Origin: an uncultured Methanosarcinales archaeon | Lineage (GTDB): Archaea > Nanobdellota > Nanobdellia > Woesearchaeales > CAYNLP01 | Length of the DNA stretch: 43,406 nucleotides | Direction of reading: 5' to 3' | NCBI GenBank assembly: GCA_964398115.1 | Contig: CAYNLP010000006.1 | Location: 1-43,406, forward strand | Shown here: one piece after another, positions 1 through 6,573 of the stretch | Position numbering within the stretch: the stretch's first letter is position 1 | How the letters are laid out: each line of letters starts with the position of its first letter | Notes under the pieces: generated by a model | Databases searched by the model: none | Told to the model about the DNA's origin: nothing | What the model saw: the letters and a program-made list of their open reading frames with translations, nothing else | Made by a program: the position numbers and the translations under genes

Positions 1-172
1 CATCCTCAAGCGACGTAACATCATCAGACTGAATACTCTGAGCCCCACCCTCACGCGCATCATAAATAATATTATCACTCCCAACCGGAGGAGGAATAGA
101 ATCATTCTGAGCAGAAACAAAAGAAACAGAGAGCAACAATAATAAGGTTAATAGGAGTAAAAACTTCTTCAT
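1..172 (-). CDS. Secreted protein, N-terminal part (runs off the left edge)
   Basis: Manual translation from ATG 172: MKKFLLLLTLLLLLSVSFVSA-QNDSIPPP...; Sec signal peptide; frame open to position 1; not in ORF track. Confidence 0.8.
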   Translation of the reverse strand, partial: MKKFLLLLTLLLLLSVSFVSAQNDSIPPPVGSDNIIYDAREGGAQSIQSDDVTSLED

Positions 173-209
173 ATTTGTTATTTTTTAAGACATTGATATA
201 AAAAGTTTT

Positions 210-959
210 CTAATTCACGAAAACATTGGTCTTCAATTCTTCAAACACGTATTCTGCTAGGGGTTTTAAGTTGATTATATCTTCTGCGTTGTATTGGAGT
301 AGTTGTTTCAGATATTTCTTGTTCCTTGTTGCTTGGAACTTGTCCCATAGGATGACGGCGTCTCCTCCTGCCATTCCGTCCACCAATGTTTCTCTTTCCA
401 AATCGAGTTCTTTCTCGATTTTTTTCAGTCCTCCTGTTAGTCCTAGTTGTGAACACACGTGTCGTAAATCCATGTGTGGTATTTCTGGCACGACGTCTTT
501 GAAGTATTTGTTGATGACAGGTATGTCGAAGCTTCTTCCGTTGAATGTCGCGATTAAACTATATTTTTCTAGTTCTTCTTTCAAAGCTGTTTTTTCCATG
601 TTGGCTCCTTTCACAAAGTGTTTTACGTCGTAGCCGTCGAATAATCCTATCACGGTTATGTATCCGTAGCCGCCTGAAGTTTCGATGTCTAGAAACACGG
701 TTTCATCTCTGAATTTATTGTAGAGCCTCCAGTGTGCACTTTTTGGAAGACGGTCTGTAAAGAATTTTGCTTTGCCTTCTCTCACCGATTTTTTCGCCTT
801 TACTATTTGTTCGTCTGCGTGTACTTTCCTTCCATCACCTAGTCCTTTTACATTACTGGTTTCTAAGAATTCGTTCCAGTTGGTTATGCCTTGTTGCCAG
901 ATTTTTTGTTCTGTTTTTTCTCCGACTCCTGGTAGGAATAAGAACGTGTTTTCTATCAT
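210..959 (-). CDS. YprB-like RNase H-fold (DEDD) exonuclease
   Basis: Motifs FLDIETSG, TFNGRSFD, YNAEDI; N-terminal HhH-like LPGVGEKTE. Confidence 0.85.
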   Translation of the reverse strand: MIENTFLFLPGVGEKTEQKIWQQGITNWNEFLETSNVKGLGDGRKVHADEQIVKAKKSVREGKAKFFTDRLPKSAHWRLYNKFRDETVFLDIETSGGYGYITVIGLFDGYDVKHFVKGANMEKTALKEELEKYSLIATFNGRSFDIPVINKYFKDVVPEIPHMDLRHVCSQLGLTGGLKKIEKELDLERETLVDGMAGGDAVILWDKFQATRNKKYLKQLLQYNAEDIINLKPLAEYVFEELKTNVFVN

Positions 960-1023
960 CTAGAAGTTCTAGCAATTGGTTGAATTTAAACTTTATGTTT
1001 GTTTGTCTAGTGAAGAAAAGTTG

Positions 1024-1071
1024 TGACCCCGAGCCGTCTAGGTATTGGTTGCTCCCAGAAGCTCGGAGTCA
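1024..1071 (-). other. GC-rich RNA hairpin downstream of the 1102-1671 gene (terminator or structured RNA)
   Basis: Minus strand UGACUCCGAGC/GCUCGGGGUCA 11-bp stem plus UCUGGG/CCUAGA inner stem; G-U pairs work only on the minus strand; followed by CAACUUUUCUU. Confidence 0.6.
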
Positions 1072-1101
1072 AGTGATGTCACGCCAAAAACGTTTGCGCA
1101 A

Positions 1102-1671
1102 CTAGTTGCTTCCGGAATAGAATATGTCTTCTACTGCTACTTCGCTGGGGGCAACGCCTGTGTCATCTACAGGACTTGTGATTTTTTCTTCACTTGTTTT
1201 TTGTCCCGCTTGCTTGGGGGTTTCCGTTTGGGAGTTAGAACTTTGTTCTTGTTGGGGTTGGTTTTCTTGCTGAGAATTGGAAGGGAGGTTTCCGGATCGC
1301 AACTTTTTCATCTTTTCTCTAAGTTCTTTGTTTTCTTTTTCTAGCATGTTTATGCTTCCTACCATTTCGTTCATTTTGCTTATTAGTTCGTTGATTTGTT
1401 CTTCGTATTCGTTTTCTCGCTTGCGGGCGAATTTCTTGTATCTTTCTAGGCAGTGGATTCTTTCTTTGAGTTTTTCGATTTTTGCGTCCACTGGTTTTCC
1501 TTCTTGTTTTGGTTGTTCGCCTTCTTTGAATTCAGGGTCTGGGCTTTCTCTTGTTTTTTCGTAAATCGCGTCTGCCTGATCGAAGGCGTCTGTGTTGTTG
1601 GCTGCGAGTCCGTGTTCCTTGAGCTCTTTGCTGAGCTCATTCTTTTCTTTTATCTTGTTTACTGATACCAT
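1102..1671 (-). CDS. Hypothetical coiled-coil protein with low-complexity linker and short hydrophobic C-terminal motif
   Basis: 189-aa ORF; GAGGT SD upstream; heptad-like central region; Q/S/E/N-rich linker; ends EVAVEDIFYSGSN. Confidence 0.7.
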   Translation of the reverse strand: MVSVNKIKEKNELSKELKEHGLAANNTDAFDQADAIYEKTRESPDPEFKEGEQPKQEGKPVDAKIEKLKERIHCLERYKKFARKRENEYEEQINELISKMNEMVGSINMLEKENKELREKMKKLRSGNLPSNSQQENQPQQEQSSNSQTETPKQAGQKTSEEKITSPVDDTGVAPSEVAVEDIFYSGSN

Positions 1672-1805
1672 TGTTTTGTATACCTCATCAAGCGATCCAC
1701 AACCACGTAAATCGCAAACTAATATAGTAATTCGTACAATAGGATAGGTTATATATAAAGGTTATGGTTGAAAAGGCTTTGCATAAAAATGAAAATGAGA
1801 AAAAA

Positions 1806-2513
1806 TTAATCTTTCAAGGTGAAGTAAACTCTACGATTATCCCTTCCCTTATTTTTGAACTTCACAATCTCTACCTCACCAACCTCTTCAGTGTTCTTCA
1901 CATGCGTGCCGCCACCAGGTTGTACGTCAACGTCCCCGATTTTAACAATCCTTAAAGGATCAACATTAGGCGGTAAACTATCAGCCAGCTTTACAAGCTC
2001 AAGTGCTTCATCCCTAGGCATGCTTTTAATCTCAACTGGGATGCCTTCTTTCATCTTCTTATTTGCTCTCTCCACACACTCCCTAATCAGATCTTTGTCA
2101 AAATCGTCCAATCCGAAGTCTATCCTAGTTTCATCTTCTTTTATCTTATTACCTGTTATTTTAGCACCGGTTTCTTCATGAACCATAGCGCTGATCACGT
2201 GACAAGCTGTGTGCATCCTCATAAACCTATATCTGCGACCCCAGTCTATCTCGCCGTGTATTTCATCTCCTTCTTCTAACCCTTCTTCCGCTACTTCATG
2301 GCTTATCTGTCCAGAAAACTTGCCAGTGAATATGACTTCGAATTCTTCACCGTCACTTTTTCTGACAAACTTGCCGGTGTCGTGTGGTTGACCACCACTT
2401 CTTGGATAAAAAGCGGTTTGATCAAGAACTATGTATTTACCATCTTTAACATTTTCAACCGTAGCGTCGAACTCTTTCAAGTATGAATCTTTCATGTAGA
2501 GTGCATTTGTCAT
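1806..2513 (-). CDS. alaX: AlaX (AlaXM-type) trans-editing protein for mischarged tRNA-Ala
   Basis: LDQTAFYPRSGGQPHDTG, MRMHTACH (HxxxH), GGTHV, KGRDNRRVY. Confidence 0.9.
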   Translation of the reverse strand: MTNALYMKDSYLKEFDATVENVKDGKYIVLDQTAFYPRSGGQPHDTGKFVRKSDGEEFEVIFTGKFSGQISHEVAEEGLEEGDEIHGEIDWGRRYRFMRMHTACHVISAMVHEETGAKITGNKIKEDETRIDFGLDDFDKDLIRECVERANKKMKEGIPVEIKSMPRDEALELVKLADSLPPNVDPLRIVKIGDVDVQPGGGTHVKNTEEVGEVEIVKFKNKGRDNRRVYFTLKD

Positions 2514-2591
2514 TCTAACTCACCCAAGTTTTAGAGATTGAGAAAAAGTATAAAAAAATTATGAAAAAAATGTGGTGGGGTGTTTTTCCCC

Positions 2592-3317
2592 TTAGTCACA
2601 GGTGAAAGTTCCGCTTTCTCGGTAACCAGGTGTTAGTAACTGGTAACCGTTCTTGAGCATCCCACTTCTTAGCGGCACTGGTTCGAGTTCGCAGTCGACA
2701 GTCTTCCCGACTCTGAGGAAGTCTGCTCCGCAAGCATCTGCGAATGTTTGTCCTTCAGAGAAGAATAGTTTTTCCCCTCCTTTGTATTTTGGAATTCCTC
2801 TGTTAACCTGGTAGTTGTTCATGTAAAAGTTGATGGTTCCTGCTTCTCGTTGTCCTTTGGAAAGTTGTTTTCTATTCGTGTTTGGTTGTCCTTCGGTTAG
2901 TGCTTGGTCAACGAGGAACCAGTTTGAATTCCCGACATTGGTTAATTCAAACTCTACTTCTCCGTCTTCCTCGTTACAAGTAATGTCGTGTACTGCTTGC
3001 TCACCTTTTTCTGGTGGACTGTATGTTTTGCCCATTCCTTTCTGTCCAGTTAGACTGAGTNNNNNNNNNNTTTCTTGAAGTTCTTGTAAGTCTATTCCTT
3101 GATTGGCTAAGTAGTCTTCGAGAGCATCCATATTTGTCCATCTGCTGAAGCTTGGTGCGTTCATCCAAGCTTTTAGTTGGTTAATAGAAACTTTTTCTAT
3201 TGGAACGTTTTTCTTGTCGATTGGATTATAGACTGTGTTTATCTGTGCCATTCCAATAACTCCGAGTAGGAGTAGTACTGTTGTTGCGATGATTCCGTAA
3301 GCGTAACTTTTTTTCAT
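2592..3317 (-). CDS. Hypothetical secreted/membrane-anchored protein (spans N gap)
   Basis: Signal peptide/TM MKKSYAYGIIATTVLLLLGVIGMA; GGGGTG SD before ATG 3317; Cys-containing beta-rich C-terminal domain; frame across gap uncertain. Confidence 0.65.
   Translation of the reverse strand: MKKSYAYGIIATTVLLLLGVIGMAQINTVYNPIDKKNVPIEKVSINQLKAWMNAPSFSRWTNMDALEDYLANQGIDLQELQEXXXXLSLTGQKGMGKTYSPPEKGEQAVHDITCNEEDGEVEFELTNVGNSNWFLVDQALTEGQPNTNRKQLSKGQREAGTINFYMNNYQVNRGIPKYKGGEKLFFSEGQTFADACGADFLRVGKTVDCELEPVPLRSGMLKNGYQLLTPGYRESGTFTCD
3061..3070. other. Scaffold gap (10 N)
   Basis: Run of N. Confidence 1.
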
Positions 3318-3400
3318 TATAACACCCCACATTGAGTTTGTCTTCTTTTATTATTCCATTTGAAAACTGGTATCCTATTTAAATGTTTCGATTGTTATCA

Positions 3401-3428
3401 CTCCTAAATAAAAACTATTGTTTAGGAG
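3401..3428. promoter_or_regulatory. Inverted repeat CTCCTAAA-N12-TTTAGGAG just upstream of the BRE/TATA of the 2592-3317 gene
   Basis: Perfect 8-bp arms; minus-strand TATA (TTTAAATA) at about 3376-3383. Confidence 0.45.
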
Positions 3429-3502
3429 ATTTAAGATTCAAAACAAAAATTGAAAGAATAATCTAGATTAAAAATGTTCGGGTTTTCCTAACTTTGTTTA
3501 AA

Positions 3503-3703
3503 TCATTCAGAATCCAAGTTATGTTTCTTTTGATGAAAGTCTATGTTAAAGTTCACGTTCGCCCTGTCTTTCTCCGAATCAAGCTCCATTTTCATGTAAC
3601 GCTCTATACGTCTAGACATGCTTATATCTCTTTTCTTACAATATTTCTTGAATTTTTTCAAAACTTCTGGATCTATTGATATCGTTAATGGTTTTCTTGG
3701 CAT
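3503..3703 (-). CDS. Ribbon-helix-helix (CopG/Arc-like) DNA-binding protein
   Basis: RKPLTISID strand then helices EVLKKFKKYC and SMSRRIERYM; GAGGTG SD before ATG 3703. Confidence 0.75.
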   Translation of the reverse strand: MPRKPLTISIDPEVLKKFKKYCKKRDISMSRRIERYMKMELDSEKDRANVNFNIDFHQKKHNLDSE

Positions 3704-3840
3704 ATCCCACACACCTCACTAGTTTCTATTAATAATGTTTACACATTTTTATATATACGTGTTTAATACAAAAAACAATATTTTTATAAAGGGAAATCAG
3801 CATATACATTCCTTAACAAACTTGATAGTGACTACCACCG

Positions 3841-4758
3841 ATGAAAAGTAGAGAAGATAGAAAAAAAGTTGCAATGACCATAGTAGGCGTTCTTTTCGTC
3901 ATGTTTGCTTCTCAAGCATACATGTTCATTAGCTTACTTGACGTTCAAGAGACACAACAGTCACAATATAATGAACTAACTAAAAGATTAGATAATCTCT
4001 CAAGTACTTATAATCAAGAAATACAAGAAGTTAGACGTACCAACAATGAAAAGCTTGAAAGAATGGGTGAATTCGTTATCGAAACTAGAGAAAAGTACAA
4101 GAACAAGACAGATAAGTTAATGAAACTCGTTGAAAAAACTGAACGTGAAAACAATATAAAATTGAGAGAGATAAGGCAGGAACTACAAAATTTGAACGAG
4201 GCAGACGTTACTAACCTGGTTAATAACGTGATTGACTCTGCAGTGAGTGTTTCTACAAATACTAGTGAAGCAAGTGGAGCCATCATTACAGACGATAATT
4301 ATGTAGTAACTAATTATCATGTTGTGAAAGGTTATGAGAACGTTACAGTCATAGACAATTCTGGAAAAGAGAGTAAAGCCAAGGTTGTAGCTACCCAGCC
4401 TGTAAGAGATCTTGCAATATTGAAAGCTCAAAAAGATTTTGAGTCGTATATAGAGTTAGGGGATAGCGATGAAGTCTTGATAGGAGAAAAGGTTATAGCT
4501 ATTGGAAGCCCTGAAGGTCTTGAGTTTACCGTAACCCAAGGAATAGTCAGCGCTACTGACAGGGTTTTCAAAGAAGATGAAGGCAGTTTTATACAAACAG
4601 ATGTTCCAATCAATACTGGAAGCAGTGGAGGCCCACTAGTTAATACGGAGGGAAAAGTTATTGGCATAAATACTTTCAAGCTTGAAGGGAGTGAAAGTTT
4701 AGGATTTGCTATACCTTCGAACGACGTGAAAGAATTGTTAGAACAAGCAAGGAGTTAA
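3841..4758 (+). CDS. Membrane-anchored trypsin-like (HtrA/DegP, S1C) serine protease with coiled-coil stalk and no PDZ domain
   Basis: Triad motifs TNYHVV, DLAILK, INTGSSGGPL; IAIGSP, VTQGIVS, IQTD; N-terminal TM. Confidence 0.9.
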   Translation: MKSREDRKKVAMTIVGVLFVMFASQAYMFISLLDVQETQQSQYNELTKRLDNLSSTYNQEIQEVRRTNNEKLERMGEFVIETREKYKNKTDKLMKLVEKTERENNIKLREIRQELQNLNEADVTNLVNNVIDSAVSVSTNTSEASGAIITDDNYVVTNYHVVKGYENVTVIDNSGKESKAKVVATQPVRDLAILKAQKDFESYIELGDSDEVLIGEKVIAIGSPEGLEFTVTQGIVSATDRVFKEDEGSFIQTDVPINTGSSGGPLVNTEGKVIGINTFKLEGSESLGFAIPSNDVKELLEQARS

Positions 4759-5315
4759 CAATCAAGCCTAGCGTTAAACCTGCTACCGCTTTCTATAATC
4801 CTCTTAATTTCAGAATCAGATAACCAGCTAACCAATCGGTTCATCCTATACAAGGGATCGTAAAGGGTAATTTTTATCTTCCTGACACACTCAGCAGTAG
4901 TTGAATACGCGGGCTTTTCTTTCTTTGATTGTTCTTCTTCCGATGATGATTCATTAATGGTTTTGATTTCTTTTTGATTTTCTTGATTAGTTTGGTTATG
5001 AATTAATTCACGATGTCTCTTTACTTGCTCGATGTAAGGAGTAAGGTTAGCTTGGTCTAAACCGTTTGCTTCTCGTGTTGGTTCATGTCTTAACATGTGT
5101 ATCATTTTTTCATCATCTAACCGGCTCACATAATGATTTTTTCTCTGCCAAGCATCATAGAATATTCTCTTATTGTCTTTCACCCATTCAACCATAGCTT
5201 GTCTTTGTATCGTTACTACATTAGACCCGTATTCTTTTTCTAGACTGGTCAAGTGAGTAGCTGAAGCGGGAACAACTATGATTAGAGTCAGTAAGATATA
5301 GGTTTTCAATTTCAT
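4755..5315 (-). CDS. Hypothetical secreted protein
   Basis: 186-aa ORF with signal peptide MKLKTYILLTLIIVVPASA. Confidence 0.6.
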   Translation of the reverse strand: MKLKTYILLTLIIVVPASATHLTSLEKEYGSNVVTIQRQAMVEWVKDNKRIFYDAWQRKNHYVSRLDDEKMIHMLRHEPTREANGLDQANLTPYIEQVKRHRELIHNQTNQENQKEIKTINESSSEEEQSKKEKPAYSTTAECVRKIKITLYDPLYRMNRLVSWLSDSEIKRIIESGSRFNARLDC

Positions 5316-5369
5316 TCCACACTTTTTATCGTAGAACCTCTATTATATAATTTACTCTTGGTGAAGAAG

Positions 5370-6002
5370 TTATTTGAGTATTTCTCCATTCTTTAAACTC
5401 CATAACAATAAGTCGAGATCATCAACAGGTATACCTATTTCATCTGCAAATTTTTTCATCTTTTCTTCAACTTGTTTATATTCTCGCTTGTTCTTCGGCC
5501 TTTCNNNNNNNNNNACTCCTAATTCTGCTAGGCTTCTCAATATGTGTTTGTCTAGTATACAAAAACCACTGTATCCTATGTTACGTAGGAAATGACTGCT
5601 TTCTTTCCACCCAATACCTTTAATGTTATCTACTATCCATTCTCTAAGTTCTTCTTTATCATCAAAGCTTTCTATTAAGTTACAAAGTTCCATACCATAT
5701 TCTTGTTTCAAGAGTTCTCGATTGTGTATTATGTATTCACTTCTCTTGTTTGGATATCTGTATACGCCATCTAGACCGTTTGAAATGTCTTCATGCGTTC
5801 CTTCTAGTAAGTCTTCTCTTATTTCTTCAATTGCGTTAATACACATTTTAGCTGAAGTATTTGCAGTTAGTACACAGAAGCAAAGTTCTTCGAATAGTTT
5901 TCTGTTATCAGCGTTTTCTTTTATTTGTTGAAAGTCTTGAAGTCTTTCTTTTATCCTATCTTTCTTTAGTTCGTAGGTTTGTTTGAGGAATTCTTTATCC
6001 AT
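5370..6002 (-). CDS. ogg: 8-oxoguanine DNA glycosylase/AP lyase (Ogg2 type); spans N gap
   Basis: FEELCFCVLTANTSA, RYPNKRSEYI, HhH KGIGWKESSHFLRNIG, ILDKH, terminal Lys (GEILK). Confidence 0.9.
   Translation of the reverse strand: MDKEFLKQTYELKKDRIKERLQDFQQIKENADNRKLFEELCFCVLTANTSAKMCINAIEEIREDLLEGTHEDISNGLDGVYRYPNKRSEYIIHNRELLKQEYGMELCNLIESFDDKEELREWIVDNIKGIGWKESSHFLRNIGYSGFCILDKHILRSLAELGXXXXERPKNKREYKQVEEKMKKFADEIGIPVDDLDLLLWSLKNGEILK
5505..5514. other. Scaffold gap (10 N)
   Basis: Run of N. Confidence 1.
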
Positions 6003-6039
6003 ACGGTGTGGGAAATTTATCCTATATAAAAAACTTATT

Positions 6040-6137
6040 TATAACCTAAAAAACTTATATAACCTATTAAATTTATAAAGTATGAACAAAAACTTTAAAT
6101 ATAAACCCCATTAGTAATATAACTAATTCAAGTTATA
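6040..6137. promoter_or_regulatory. Three operator-like dyads TATAACY-N6-ANTTATA around a TATA box
   Basis: 6040-6059 TATAACC-taaaaa-ACTTATA; 6058-6077 TATAACC-tattaa-ATTTATA; 6118-6137 perfect TATAACT-aattca-AGTTATA; TATA TTTAAATATA at about 6094-6103. Confidence 0.55.
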
Positions 6138-6179
6138 CAGACTCACTGACAACATCAATTCAGAGACGACACAAAAGAG

Positions 6180-6195
6180 TTAGGCGGCCGCCTAA
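6180..6195. repeat. Perfect 16-bp GC-rich palindrome TTAGGCGGCCGCCTAA in the leader of the HTH gene
   Basis: Self reverse-complementary; enclosed by TCACTG (6143-6148)/CAGTGA (6200-6205). Confidence 0.8.
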
Positions 6196-6216
6196 ACAAC
6201 AGTGAAGTGACAGAAA

Positions 6217-6399
6217 TTGCTCACAGAAAAAGAAATCAAAGTCCTAGAATTACGACAACAAGGACTCACACAAAAAGAAGTAGCAAAAAAACTAGAAATA
6301 ACACAAGCAGCCGTTTCTAACTTCGAAAAAAACGCACATAGAAAGATTTCCGAAGCGGAAAAAACACTAGAAGTAGCCAAAGAATTAGGAATAAAATAG
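6217..6399 (+). CDS. Small HTH protein (sigma70 region 4 / Tfx N-terminal-like)
   Basis: LTEKEIKVLELRQQGLTQKEVAKKLEITQAAVSNFEKNA; TTG start. Confidence 0.8.
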   Translation: MLTEKEIKVLELRQQGLTQKEVAKKLEITQAAVSNFEKNAHRKISEAEKTLEVAKELGIK

Positions 6400-6469
6400 C
6401 CCCCCGCGGATTCGAACCGCGGTCAACAGGTCCAGAGCCTGTCGTGATTGGCCACTACACCAGGGGGCT
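6397..6469 (-). tRNA. tRNA-Gln (CTG)
   Basis: AGCCCCC/GGGGGCT acceptor (archaeal A1-U72), ACAGG-CTCTGGA-CCTGT anticodon arm, CGCGG-TTCGAAT-CCGCG T arm; CCA not encoded. Confidence 0.97.
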
Positions 6470-6573
6470 ATCCTCAACAAGGAAATAAATAATAATGTTT
6501 ATAAAATTTGTAAAGACCAGAAGTGCATAAAGTTTATATACCAAAGGTTACAAAAAAGTAGCAAAGAAACTAG

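Noticed and set aside
1024..1071. Hairpin as an SRP RNA fragment (GGGAGCAAC) or H/ACA guide (stem followed by ACA)
   Set aside because: No GNRA loop or CAGG partner for SRP helix 8; no pseudouridylation pocket or K-turn/K-loop
3503..3703. RHH protein as antitoxin of a TA pair
   Set aside because: No adjacent toxin-like ORF; neighbours are a secreted protein and a protease
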